This document shows positions 8,960 to 18,733 of a stretch of DNA of 64,000 nucleotides, piece by piece. Position 1 is the first letter of the stretch. Each line of letters opens with the position of its first letter. A model generated the notes under the pieces. The model made no database searches. It was not told the origin of the DNA and saw only the letters and a program-made list of their open reading frames with translations. A program made the position numbers and the translations under genes. The stretch comes from a bacterium (GTDB lineage Bacteria > Patescibacteriota > Minisyncoccia > UBA6257 > WO2-44-18). The DNA lies in assembly GCA_030646995.1 (NCBI GenBank), contig JAUSKF010000006.1, positions 8,624 to 72,623 on the forward strand, given 5' to 3'.

Positions 8960-11900
8960 ATGGGAAATATAACAAAGAAATTTGCTTCGATTGCCATTTC
9001 GGTGGCGACCGTCGCATCACTTTCGGGCTTCTCAATGTTGGTACCTGTCGCTCACGCGCAGACCAGCTTGCAAGCTCAAATCGATGCTTTGTTAGCTCAG
9101 ATTGCTGCGCTACAATCCCAGTTAGCTAGTTCGAGCCCTGTTAGCACCGCCCTCTGCTCTTTCACCCGAGACCTCACCTTGGGAGTAAGAGGAGATGATG
9201 TAATGTGCTTACAGAAATACTTGAATAGCACTGGACATAAAGTATCAACCAGTGGACCAGGTTCCATTGGAAACGAAACATCCTACTTCGGTGCATTGAC
9301 CGCTTCGGCTGTTGCCAAATGGCAGGCCGCTAACGGCGTTGCTCCGGCTGCTGGATATTTTGGACGCATCTCTCGAGCTAAATATGCATCATTGGCTGTC
9401 GTGGCCCCAGCTCCGGCCCCGGCTCCAGTTCCTGGCACTCCGGCCCCAGTTCCTTCTGGTTCTGGATTGACAGTCACATTAGCTTCCGATCAACCGTCCA
9501 ACGGCTTATTCGGCGAATCATTTGCTAGCCGCCCATTCACGAAACTCACGTTGCGTGCTTCGGCTGATGGCGATGTAACCGTTAAAGCTATGGTTGTTGA
9601 AAGGACTGGTCAGGGTAGTGATGCCGCCTTCTCTGGCGTTATCGCTACTGATGAATCAGGTCTCCGTCTTGGTCCGTCCAAAACTTTTGGTTCTGACCAC
9701 AGACTACGCTTGACCGAGAAAGTTGTTGTTAAAGCGGGTCAAACCAGGACCATCGTCTTGGCTGGTGATTCCGATAGCGATCAAAATGACTACAATGGTC
9801 AATTGGTTAGCTTGAGCTTAGTCGGTGTAGAAACCGAAGGAGCTACCGCCGTTAACGCTTCATTCCCGATGACTGGCGCGACTCACACAGTAAATAGCAC
9901 GTTGGCGATCGGTAGCATGACTATCGCTCGCGGCGCTTTCGATCCAGGCTCCGGCTTGACGAAAGAAATCGGAACCGTGGGATATACCTTCTCCGGTTTG
10001 CGGTTGAATGCCGGCACTAACGAAGATGTTTTGGTAAAAGCAATTCAGTGGAACCAATCCGGTTCGGCTGGTTTGGCTGATTTGACCAACGTCAAAGTTG
10101 TGCTTGACGGTACTACTTATGACGTCACCAGCACCGATGGCAAAGACTATGTTGCCAAATTCGGAGCCGGTTTGAAGATTGAAAAAGGTTTGAGCAAGGA
10201 AGTTTACATTAAAGGCGATGTTGCTGGCGGTTCCGCCCGTACCGTTGACTTTGACCTCTTCCGCTACTCTGACATTCAAGTTGTCGGCTTAACCTATGGC
10301 TACGCTTTGTTGCCATCGGGTACAGAAATCGCAGCTGATAACGATGATGACGGCGAAATACAAGACGCCGAGCCTCGTTTTGACGCTTATCAGGTTCACA
10401 TTGGCGCAGGCAGTATCAGCGCTCAAAACGCGCCGACTGTCGGATCCCAGAACGTTGCCGTCAACCTTTCCAACCAGCCTTTGGGTGGTTTGTTGATAGA
10501 CGTTAAGGGTGAAGATGTCACTGTCGCTGCGATGAACTTTGACTTGAGCATCATTGAGTCAACGTCTCAAACCGATGTTGATACCAATGACATCACCAAT
10601 ATCACTTTGGTTGATGAAAACGGAAAGGTAGTTGCGGGTCCGGTTGACGCTGTGGCTGGTGGCAATAATGCTATCCGCTTCTCCGACACCGTTACCTTCA
10701 AGCCTGGCCGTATGGTTTATACCTTGAAAGGTAAAGTCGGAACCGATGTTGGAACCAACGATACAATCGCTGCTTCCACCACTCCAAACTCTGATTGGAC
10801 CACTGTTCGTGGTGTAACCTCCGCGGTAACCATCACCCCAACCCCATCGAGCGCTGTTACTATGAGCACGATGACGGTGAAGGCTGCTTCTTTGAGCATT
10901 ACTTTGTCGTCCGATACCCAGCAGGGCGTTGCTAGCTCTACCGCGCAAACCGTGGTTTCCGGCACCTCTGGATATACGTTCACACAGTATGTGTTAGATG
11001 CTAGCGGTTCTGGTGAAGATCTTCGCATTAATGCTATGCAGTTGTTGTTAACCTTCAGCTCGGCTAACGCCGCTGATGATTTGACCAATTGCCAATTATT
11101 CGATGGCGCTACCGCGTTAAACACCGGAGGCAACATCGTCAATCCGAGCAACAGCGATTCTACCGGTGCAGCTAAGACCTTCAGCTTTGACTCGAGCTTA
11201 ATCGTTGCAAAAGGCACCGTTAAGACCTTGTCTATGAAGTGCAACTTAGTTTCCGGCGCTGCCTCTGGACATTATTGGAATTGGGGTATTGCTGATGCAG
11301 ATGCTTCCATCAACTCCACCGGTATGACCTCAGGTCAAACCGTTGACGGTTCGGATGCAATCACCGCTGATAACGGCCGCATCGTAATTGCCGCGACTTC
11401 CGGAACATTGTCTTTGGTATTGGATGCTTCGAGCCCGTCTCTAAAATGGGCCCAATCCGGTTCCACTGATAACATCTTGGCAGTCTTCCGCTTGAACGCT
11501 ACCAATGAATCGGTTCGCGTAGACACTCTTGGCTTGCAGTTAGCTACTTCTACCAATTCTTCTGCTGTAAACGGTTCCAGCACTCCGAGCGACTTAACTA
11601 AAGTCACTTTGTGGGTTGGCGCCTTGAAAGTTGGTGAAGTTGTCTTCACTGCCAGCGATTATGCTACCGCCACCCTTTCCGGAGTAACTGTTCCGAAAGA
11701 TGGTCAGGTGCTGATTACCGCTAAAGGCGATATCGGCAACATCGGCACTGGTTTGTCGGCTCGTCCGGGCCACTTGGTCAACGTCAATTATGACGCTTCC
11801 AATAGCTCCGATGAATCAAACCTTGGTGCAATTGGTGTAGGTCTTTCTTCCGGCACTACTATTAGCGCTGGTGGATCTGACACTGGTTCCAATGGCGCTA

Positions 11901-12712
11901 GAATCGCTCGGGCTATCCCGACGGTGTCTAAAGAAGCCTTGGCTTCTAACACGTTCTCCAATTCCTCCAATCAGGCACTGTACCGATTTAAGGTTACAGC
12001 TCCGTCTGGTGGTAATGGTGTGAGCTTGTACAAGATGACCTTTGCGATTGCTACTAGCACCCTTAGCTCTCAAGAGACTGATGGTCAAAAAGTAGCTTCG
12101 ACTTATAGGGTGACCAACTTCGATCTGTATTGCTATGAGAATGCAGCTTTCTCGGTTGCTTCTTGCAATACGTTTGATAACTCTGGTCTCTTGAACCAGG
12201 GAGGTTTGGCCAATGCTTCGCACGACAAGTTGGGTCTTAACAACACCAATGAAGGTGCATATAGCTCCTCTTCCCCGAGCGTTAGCGTTCGCTTCAACCC
12301 GACTGACACTACACAGGGTTCTACTGCTGAAGCTATTAGATTGGCTGCTGGTGAAACCAAATACTTCGTCTTACAGGCGGACGTAACTGGTGGAACCAAC
12401 ACCCCGTCTATCACTGTTAGAATGGATGGCGATGCAACTTTCGCTTCGCTGAACGATTCTACTGACTTCGGCGCGGATGCAACTGGTGAAGATAAAGACT
12501 TCACCAATGGTCACGACAACTGGTCCACGGGTCGTTATGTCTTCGCAACCACGGCTTCTATTGTGGATGCGTGGGATAATGATGACTTCATCTGGTCCGG
12601 TAACTCTACCAACACCTCGCAGGGCATTTCGTCTTACGATTGGTTCAACGGATTCTTAGTTCCGGGCCTGTCTAACTCCGACAACGGCGCCACCGAAGTG
12701 TTAACTCTCTAA
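8960..12712 (+). CDS. Large secreted cell-surface protein (candidate S-layer / wall protein): signal peptide, coiled coil, peptidoglycan-binding domain, Pro/Ala linker, ~1050-aa Thr/Ser/Gly/Ala-rich beta-type region
   Basis: Signal peptide ending AHA/QT. PG_binding_1-like motif LTLGVRGDDVMCLQKYLN...GYFGALTASAVAKWQAANGV. APAPAPAPVPGTPAPVP linker. Almost Cys-free and acidic. Codon usage is clearly shifted to C/T-ending codons relative to its neighbours. A strong terminator lies downstream. Confidence 0.8.
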   Translation: MGNITKKFASIAISVATVASLSGFSMLVPVAHAQTSLQAQIDALLAQIAALQSQLASSSPVSTALCSFTRDLTLGVRGDDVMCLQKYLNSTGHKVSTSGPGSIGNETSYFGALTASAVAKWQAANGVAPAAGYFGRISRAKYASLAVVAPAPAPAPVPGTPAPVPSGSGLTVTLASDQPSNGLFGESFASRPFTKLTLRASADGDVTVKAMVVERTGQGSDAAFSGVIATDESGLRLGPSKTFGSDHRLRLTEKVVVKAGQTRTIVLAGDSDSDQNDYNGQLVSLSLVGVETEGATAVNASFPMTGATHTVNSTLAIGSMTIARGAFDPGSGLTKEIGTVGYTFSGLRLNAGTNEDVLVKAIQWNQSGSAGLADLTNVKVVLDGTTYDVTSTDGKDYVAKFGAGLKIEKGLSKEVYIKGDVAGGSARTVDFDLFRYSDIQVVGLTYGYALLPSGTEIAADNDDDGEIQDAEPRFDAYQVHIGAGSISAQNAPTVGSQNVAVNLSNQPLGGLLIDVKGEDVTVAAMNFDLSIIESTSQTDVDTNDITNITLVDENGKVVAGPVDAVAGGNNAIRFSDTVTFKPGRMVYTLKGKVGTDVGTNDTIAASTTPNSDWTTVRGVTSAVTITPTPSSAVTMSTMTVKAASLSITLSSDTQQGVASSTAQTVVSGTSGYTFTQYVLDASGSGEDLRINAMQLLLTFSSANAADDLTNCQLFDGATALNTGGNIVNPSNSDSTGAAKTFSFDSSLIVAKGTVKTLSMKCNLVSGAASGHYWNWGIADADASINSTGMTSGQTVDGSDAITADNGRIVIAATSGTLSLVLDASSPSLKWAQSGSTDNILAVFRLNATNESVRVDTLGLQLATSTNSSAVNGSSTPSDLTKVTLWVGALKVGEVVFTASDYATATLSGVTVPKDGQVLITAKGDIGNIGTGLSARPGHLVNVNYDASNSSDESNLGAIGVGLSSGTTISAGGSDTGSNGARIARAIPTVSKEALASNTFSNSSNQALYRFKVTAPSGGNGVSLYKMTFAIATSTLSSQETDGQKVASTYRVTNFDLYCYENAAFSVASCNTFDNSGLLNQGGLANASHDKLGLNNTNEGAYSSSSPSVSVRFNPTDTTQGSTAEAIRLAAGETKYFVLQADVTGGTNTPSITVRMDGDATFASLNDSTDFGADATGEDKDFTNGHDNWSTGRYVFATTASIVDAWDNDDFIWSGNSTNTSQGISSYDWFNGFLVPGLSNSDNGATEVLTL

Positions 12713-12740
12713 CGGGACTTGAGACCCGCTTAGTGAATCA

Positions 12741-12768
12741 AAACCCCCCGCAAGGGGGGTTTTGATTT
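12741..12768 (+). terminator. Rho-independent terminator AAACCCCCCgcaaGGGGGGTTTTGATTT
   Basis: 6-bp G/C stem with a GCAA loop and a T-run, 29 nt after the stop of the surface protein gene. Confidence 0.75.
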
Positions 12769-12826
12769 GGGGAAGAAGGGTTGGAAATTAGATTAAAATC
12801 TGTTAGAATTCCAGTAATCTAAGATC

Positions 12827-13621
12827 ATGAAGAAAATCTTATTAACTTTAGGAGGACTAGTTGTAATCGGTGCGTCTACCGCCGTTTTTTATTCTAATTA
12901 TTACAAACCGAAAGGCGATGTGGTTACTCCGACGCAAGGTCAGAGCGATGACGGCATCGTTCTAGCAACCAGCTCTCCAGAAAAGCCGGCCGAGAAGCCG
13001 ATTGTTATTGATAGTACTCCGAAGTACAAAGGGCAGGATTTAAATTTTTTGGCTTCCCCAAAAGAGCTTTCCGGTTATCCGAAAGAATTCGTGGAGGCGC
13101 AGCAAAAGAAATTACTCGGAATTATTAAGTTGGTGAATGAAAACCCTAAAGATGAGACTAACTGGATAGACGTCGGGTTGGTGAAAAAAGTTTTTAATAA
13201 TTATATCGGCGCTCGTGATGTTTGGGAATATGCCAAACTGCTAAATCCGAATGCCTCAATGTCTTACAGTAATCTTGGCAAGCTTTATTCGGGATATTTA
13301 TCAGATAATAAAAAAGCGGAAGAAAATTTTTTGGCCGCCTTGAAACTAGACCCCGGAATAAGCGATGGCTATCTCGCTTTAGCCGAGTTTTACCGTGATT
13401 TTTATAAGGAAAAATTTGACCAAGTGGATGACGTTTTGCTCGCAGGAATTAAGGTTGTGCCATTGGATCTCAATTTGCATCTCCAGCTGGCCTTTTACTA
13501 TAAAAACATCGGAGATAAAGAAAATGCGATAAAGTATTTTGAGAAGTTTTTGAAGCTTCCTGACCTGACCGGAGCTCAACAAAAAGCCATTGAAGAAGAA
13601 GTGGTTGCTCTTAAGAGTTAA
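12827..13621 (+). CDS. N-terminally membrane-anchored protein with TPR-like helical repeats
   Basis: One N-terminal TM helix (ILLTLGGLVVIGASTAVFY). The rest is helical-repeat-like (…KAEENFLAALKLDP…NAIKYFEKFLKL). Its 3' end overlaps the convergent GT4 gene by 11 nt. Confidence 0.45.
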   Translation: MKKILLTLGGLVVIGASTAVFYSNYYKPKGDVVTPTQGQSDDGIVLATSSPEKPAEKPIVIDSTPKYKGQDLNFLASPKELSGYPKEFVEAQQKKLLGIIKLVNENPKDETNWIDVGLVKKVFNNYIGARDVWEYAKLLNPNASMSYSNLGKLYSGYLSDNKKAEENFLAALKLDPGISDGYLALAEFYRDFYKEKFDQVDDVLLAGIKVVPLDLNLHLQLAFYYKNIGDKENAIKYFEKFLKLPDLTGAQQKAIEEEVVALKS

Positions 13622-14738
13622 GATAGATCTTTTCTGTAGCGGCCACCATCAACTCTAAGTTTAGAGATTCTTTCAGGAAGGTATTCCCCTTTTGCGCTAA
13701 TTGCTCCGCCACCTCTTTATTGTTGATTAGGTGCTCGATGGCTCGGGCCAATTCGCCTGGCATATTGGGTTGCATCACCAGGCCGCGATCTGTGGCTATC
13801 TCGGTCATACCGCCTACTCGCGTGGTGATTACCGGCAGTCCGGCGGCCATAGCCTCAAGGAGGGTGTAGGGCAGACCTTCTTTGATTGACGACAGTAGGA
13901 AGATATCGAAGGCTTTCATATATGGCGCGGCCGGAGCAACGCCATTGACGATGTAGAATTTATTTTCCAGGCCCAGTTTTTTTATTCTGGAGAGCAAGCG
14001 GTCTTTCAGTGGCCCGTCGCCGATTATAAAAAATTGTACATTTTCGTTTTTTACTAAAGCAGCGGCATCAACGAAGTCGCGGTAGCTTTTTTCTATGACT
14101 AGCCGGCCGATTGAGCCGACCCAAATTGAGTTTGTGAGTTGATGAGTTGATAGGTTTAATCCGGCCAGAGTTGTCAGCGCCTTGCGGGAGGTTTTTTTAT
14201 CAAAAAATTTAAGGTTTTCCCAGTCCAAGCCATTATAAATGGTCACCAGTTTATTTAATGGAGCAATCTTATTTTGGATCGCCAAGCTTCTGTCATATTC
14301 GGATACGTTGATTATGACATCCTGATACCGGGCGGCCATTCTATGTATTAAAGTGAAAAGCTTTCTTTTTAAGTACCCCAAGGAGTTATCCGGATTAAAA
14401 ACCCATCCATGAGCGGTAAATACTACTTTGGGGACGCCGCTTAGTTTGGCGGCGATTGCTCCCACCACGCCGGCCTTTGAGCTGTTGAGGTGTACTACAT
14501 CCGGCTTTTCTTTTTTGAAGAAAAAGAACAATTCCGCAATTGCCAGCCAGTCATTGATGAATAAAAGGTGCGGCCAAAAAGAATTGGAGAGGAAGAAAAT
14601 CCCCTTTTTCCCTCCGGTAACTACCCTCACCTCAAATTTATCTTTATTTAAGTTGTCGGCGAGATCTTGGACGTATTTTTGCGCTCCGCCAACGTCTTCT
14701 TTGGTGATTAAATATAATACTTTCGTTCTCATATTCAC
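13611..14738 (-). CDS. GT4-family glycosyltransferase (GT-B, retaining)
   Basis: EGLPYTLLEAMAAGLPVITTRVGG E-x7-E motif and a GT4-like N-terminus (VGGAQKYVQDLA). Confidence 0.8.
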   Translation of the reverse strand: MNMRTKVLYLITKEDVGGAQKYVQDLADNLNKDKFEVRVVTGGKKGIFFLSNSFWPHLLFINDWLAIAELFFFFKKEKPDVVHLNSSKAGVVGAIAAKLSGVPKVVFTAHGWVFNPDNSLGYLKRKLFTLIHRMAARYQDVIINVSEYDRSLAIQNKIAPLNKLVTIYNGLDWENLKFFDKKTSRKALTTLAGLNLSTHQLTNSIWVGSIGRLVIEKSYRDFVDAAALVKNENVQFFIIGDGPLKDRLLSRIKKLGLENKFYIVNGVAPAAPYMKAFDIFLLSSIKEGLPYTLLEAMAAGLPVITTRVGGMTEIATDRGLVMQPNMPGELARAIEHLINNKEVAEQLAQKGNTFLKESLNLELMVAATEKIYLNS

Positions 14739-14776
14739 TCTTTAATTTTACCAATTTATAAGATAATATAAGACCA

Positions 14777-17032
14777 ATGTCAAAGCCCTGCGTTGCCGTC
14801 TTCAGTTTAGCTTACCACCCTTTTGTGGGGGGCGCGGAAATAGCAGTCAAGGAGATTATTTCCCGTAACCCTGCCAGTGACTTTGTGATTCTCACAAAGA
14901 AGTTTGATCGAGCTTGGCCGTCGGCGGAGTCCTCCGATAATTGCTCTATTTTGCGTCTTGGGCGGGGCGAAATTTCACCCCGCAGTTATTATGGCGGATT
15001 TTTCGGTAAGATTTTTTATATTTTCCAAGCGGTTCGAGTTGCCGAAAAGATTCACCGCTCCCAGCCATTTTCGGCTATTTGGGGAATGATGGCTTCCTAT
15101 GCCGGCATTGCCGCTTTAATATTTAAGTTGCGACACCCAAGCGTGCCCTTTTTGCTTACTTTGCAGGAAGGCGACTCCGAAGCGCATATTTTGAGAAAAG
15201 TAGGAATTTTTTATCCATTTTGGAGAAAGATATTTAAAAAGGCGGATAGCATACAAGTTATAAGTAGGTATTTGGCGAATTTTGCTAGGCGCCACGGAGC
15301 TATTTGCCCGATTGAGGTGATCCCGAACGGAGTGGATTTGTCTGATTATGGGACCGATAGGACTTATGAGTCTTATAAGACCAATACATCTAATGAGCCT
15401 TATGTGATCATCACCACTTCCCGATTAGTTCATAAGAACGGAGTAGATATTTTGATTGCTTCGTTGCCGTTGCTACATACTACTAACTACAAGCTACTAA
15501 TTTTAGGCGACGGCCCGGATAAAGAAAAATTAAAGGACCTGGCCATTCAGTTGGGTGTTTCCGATAAGATAGAGTTCCTTGGCCACGTCGAACCCGATCT
15601 CATTCCTTCCTACTTGCTACAAGCTACTATCTTCGTCCGCGCCTCTCGCTCGGAGGGCTTGGGAAACTCATTTCTTGAGGCGATGGCCGCCGGGTTGCCT
15701 GTAATTGGAACTCCGGTCGGCGGCATCCCGGATTTTTTGAAGGATGGAGAAACGGGCATTTTCTGCCGAGTGGACGATCCGAAGGATTTAGCGAGAAAGA
15801 TCAACCTCTTGATAGAGAATAAGGATTTATACAAAAAGATTTCGGAGTCGGGGCGGGTTTTGGTCGCCAAAAATTATTCTTGGGATGAAATATCTTCAAA
15901 AATGAGCTTAATTTTCCAATCCCTTAATACTAAATACTTGCTACTTACTACTCGTTTGTTGATTGCGACTGGAATATACCCCCCGGACATCGGAGGGCCG
16001 GCGACCTATACGGTGCTTATGGAGAAAGAGCTGCCAAAGCGTGGCTTTGCAGTGGATCATTTGGCCTTCACGGATTATCGGAAGAAGCCCAAGGTAATTC
16101 GCCATTTCCTATATTTATGGGATTGCTGGAGGAAGGCGAAAAATTTTGATGCGATTTACGCGCAAGATCCGGTAAGTGTTGGCTTGCCTGCGTTAATCGC
16201 CGCCCGACTTCGCGGCAAAAAGTTTTTCATCCGCGTCGCCGGAGATTATGCTTGGGAGCAATCGGCCCAGCGTTTTGGCGTAAAAGAGACGATAGACGAG
16301 TTCCAAAATAAGAAATATGGCTTCCGGGTCGGAGTGTTGCGGGCAATCCAGCGCTTTGTTGTTGGTCGCGCTGATTTAGTTATTACGCCGAGCAATTATT
16401 TCAGGAAACTTGTCGGCGGCTGGATAAAAAATCCGGAGAAAGTAAAAACTATCTATAACGGAATTGAGCTAGAAAGAATTCAGAAAACAAATCTACAAAA
16501 CTCGAACGCCAAACTTATTGCTTCCACCGGACGCCTAGTCCCCTGGAAGGGCTTTGATGTATTAATAGAATTGATGAAAGAAGAGGATCTAAAAGATTGG
16601 TCCCTTCGAATATACGGCGATGGCCCGGACAAACAAAAACTGCAGAATCTGATATCCAAAAATGATCTTCAAGACAGAGTTTTATTAGTAGGGGCGCAGG
16701 ATAGAAAAACTTTACTTAGCGATGCCGAAGCCGCCTCAATATTTGTGTTGAATACCACTTTCGAGAGTTTTTCTTTTCAGGTCGTTGAAGAGATGTATCG
16801 AGGTGTTCCCGTTGTTACTACCAATATTGGCAGCCTGCCTGAATTGATTGAAAACAATAAAGAGGGCATATTGGTTGAGCCAAACAATAAGGGTCAGATA
16901 TTGGATGCTATAAAGAAAATTTCCCAAGATGAAGCTTTTCGGGAATTGATTGTTAAAAATGCCCAGGAGAAAGCCCAACAATTTTCTATAACCAGAACTG
17001 TCGATAATCTAGTAAAATTAATAAGCAATTAA
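14777..17032 (+). CDS. Tandem double GT4 glycosyltransferase (two complete GT-B modules fused, 751 aa)
   Basis: Module 1 EGLGNSFLEAMAAGLPVIGTPVGG; module 2 starts LLIATGIYPPDIGGPATY and carries FQVVEEMYRGVPVVTTNIGS. There is no stop between the modules. Confidence 0.8.
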   Translation: MSKPCVAVFSLAYHPFVGGAEIAVKEIISRNPASDFVILTKKFDRAWPSAESSDNCSILRLGRGEISPRSYYGGFFGKIFYIFQAVRVAEKIHRSQPFSAIWGMMASYAGIAALIFKLRHPSVPFLLTLQEGDSEAHILRKVGIFYPFWRKIFKKADSIQVISRYLANFARRHGAICPIEVIPNGVDLSDYGTDRTYESYKTNTSNEPYVIITTSRLVHKNGVDILIASLPLLHTTNYKLLILGDGPDKEKLKDLAIQLGVSDKIEFLGHVEPDLIPSYLLQATIFVRASRSEGLGNSFLEAMAAGLPVIGTPVGGIPDFLKDGETGIFCRVDDPKDLARKINLLIENKDLYKKISESGRVLVAKNYSWDEISSKMSLIFQSLNTKYLLLTTRLLIATGIYPPDIGGPATYTVLMEKELPKRGFAVDHLAFTDYRKKPKVIRHFLYLWDCWRKAKNFDAIYAQDPVSVGLPALIAARLRGKKFFIRVAGDYAWEQSAQRFGVKETIDEFQNKKYGFRVGVLRAIQRFVVGRADLVITPSNYFRKLVGGWIKNPEKVKTIYNGIELERIQKTNLQNSNAKLIASTGRLVPWKGFDVLIELMKEEDLKDWSLRIYGDGPDKQKLQNLISKNDLQDRVLLVGAQDRKTLLSDAEAASIFVLNTTFESFSFQVVEEMYRGVPVVTTNIGSLPELIENNKEGILVEPNNKGQILDAIKKISQDEAFRELIVKNAQEKAQQFSITRTVDNLVKLISN

Positions 17033-17034
17033 AT

Positions 17035-17673
17035 ATGGATGTACAAGTAAATAAAACTCATTACTTCCGCAAAAAATACGACGACCTTGATCGGTTTATT
17101 TCCTATTTCTATCAGGTCGATCTATCGCAGGAAGCGATCAGTAAAGAAGCGAAGGTTTTGGAGATTGGAAAAGGAAACGGGTTTTATTCTGACTATATGA
17201 AAAAACTCGGGTATCAGGTTTCGACCTGTGATTTTGATAAGGATCTTAGCCCAGATGTGGTGGCCGATATCCGCAAACTTCCTTTCCCGGATAACAGTTT
17301 TGATCTGGTGACGGCGTTTGAGGTTCTTGAGCATCTTCCTTTTGAGGACGTTGAGGTCGCATTAGCTGAATTAAAAAGAGTTTCCAGCGGCAAGGTTCTT
17401 ATTTCTGTTCCATATAAATCTACTTATTTTGAGATGGTTTTAAAGTTTCCCTTTGTTCGCACGATTCTTCGCCGGATGTTTTTGGATATACACTTCCGGA
17501 TTCCGCTGGTTTTCGGCGGCATCAAGGTTTCCGGCCAGCATTATTGGGAAGTAGATTTGTTTAAAACCCCTTTGCGAAAAGTTCGGAAGGTAATCCGGAA
17601 ATTCTTTGCGATTGAGAAAGAGGTCAGCCCGGTGCTGGATCATTATCACCGATTCTTCGTTCTGAAAAAATAA
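17035..17673 (+). CDS. Class I SAM-dependent methyltransferase
   Basis: Motif I VLEIGKGNGF, post-I acidic D, FDLVTAFEVLEHL. Confidence 0.7.
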   Translation: MDVQVNKTHYFRKKYDDLDRFISYFYQVDLSQEAISKEAKVLEIGKGNGFYSDYMKKLGYQVSTCDFDKDLSPDVVADIRKLPFPDNSFDLVTAFEVLEHLPFEDVEVALAELKRVSSGKVLISVPYKSTYFEMVLKFPFVRTILRRMFLDIHFRIPLVFGGIKVSGQHYWEVDLFKTPLRKVRKVIRKFFAIEKEVSPVLDHYHRFFVLKK

Positions 17674-18731
17674 TGAAGGTTTTACTACTATCAACCGATA
17701 GTCAGATATTCAACGAAGCGAGCCAAGTGCGCGCTCGAATTTTAGAATACGGGAAATTGTTTGAGGAGTTGCATGTCATCGTTTACACAAAACCAGGGTA
17801 TAAAGAAAAAATAATCGGCAATGTTCATCTCTGGCCAACGAATAATAAATTCCGGGTGGGATACCAAAGAGCCGTGTTCGGCTATGTTCGCAAAAATTGC
17901 AAAAAGGGCAGTGATTGGACCGTTTCGTCGCAGGACCCTTTTGAGGCGGGTTGGGTGGGATATAAGTTAAAATCTTTTTTAGGGGCCCATTTCCAGATCC
18001 AGATTCATACGGATTTTTTAAGCCCATTTTTTGCCAAGGAGTCCTGGAGGCATCGTACCCGGGTTTTATTGGCGAAGTGGCTGGTTAAAAAGGCAGACCG
18101 AATCCGGGTAGTTTCAGAACGTATTAAAAAATCTTTAATTGCCTTGGACGCCGATTTAGAAAGGAAAATTGTAGTCCTGCCTATTTTTGTGGACAGGGAA
18201 GTTTTTCATTTAGCTATCTCCGAGAGCCGAGAAATAAATGTCGTTGGTCCGGATGACGTCTTGGTGCTGACCGTGGCGCGGAAAGGCCCGGAAAAGAATA
18301 TAGATTTAGCAAATAGTATAATTGGGGAGCTAAAGAGCAGAGGCAACAAAGTGAAGTGGCTTCATATTGGATATAAAGCCAGCGACAAGGAGCCTGAGTG
18401 GCTCGTTCAATTTATAGAAAATCCGAAATCCATAGCTTCCTTCTATAAAATGGCCGACCTGTTTTTATTGACCTCAAATTACGAAGGGTACGGAATGGCC
18501 GCCGTTGAAGCAGCGGCTGCGGGCGTACCGGTAGTAATGACTGATGTTGGCGTAGCTTTGGGCGCAACATTTCCCGTTGGCGACAAAGAAAGAGCGGTCG
18601 CGATAATTGAGGAATTAATTCAGAGCCCGGAGAAGCGACGGCAATTAGTGGAAAAACAAAACGAATTTTTCAAGAATTGGCCGACCAAGGAGCAATACTT
18701 GGAGCAATTTAAAAAAAGTCTAACTTTTTAA
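17673..18731 (+). CDS. GT4-family glycosyltransferase
   Basis: NYEGYGMAAVEAAAAGVPVVMTDVG E-x7-E region. Confidence 0.7.
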   Translation: MKVLLLSTDSQIFNEASQVRARILEYGKLFEELHVIVYTKPGYKEKIIGNVHLWPTNNKFRVGYQRAVFGYVRKNCKKGSDWTVSSQDPFEAGWVGYKLKSFLGAHFQIQIHTDFLSPFFAKESWRHRTRVLLAKWLVKKADRIRVVSERIKKSLIALDADLERKIVVLPIFVDREVFHLAISESREINVVGPDDVLVLTVARKGPEKNIDLANSIIGELKSRGNKVKWLHIGYKASDKEPEWLVQFIENPKSIASFYKMADLFLLTSNYEGYGMAAVEAAAAGVPVVMTDVGVALGATFPVGDKERAVAIIEELIQSPEKRRQLVEKQNEFFKNWPTKEQYLEQFKKSLTF

Positions 18732-18733
18732 AC

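Noticed and set aside
9283-11649. Several long antisense ORFs (9283..9477, 9860..10279, 10559..10948, 10717..11244, 11335..11649 on the minus strand) inside the surface-protein gene
   Set aside because: They lie opposite a strongly supported 1250-aa CDS with a coherent domain structure. The antisense frames are open because of the biased Gly/Ala/Thr codon composition.
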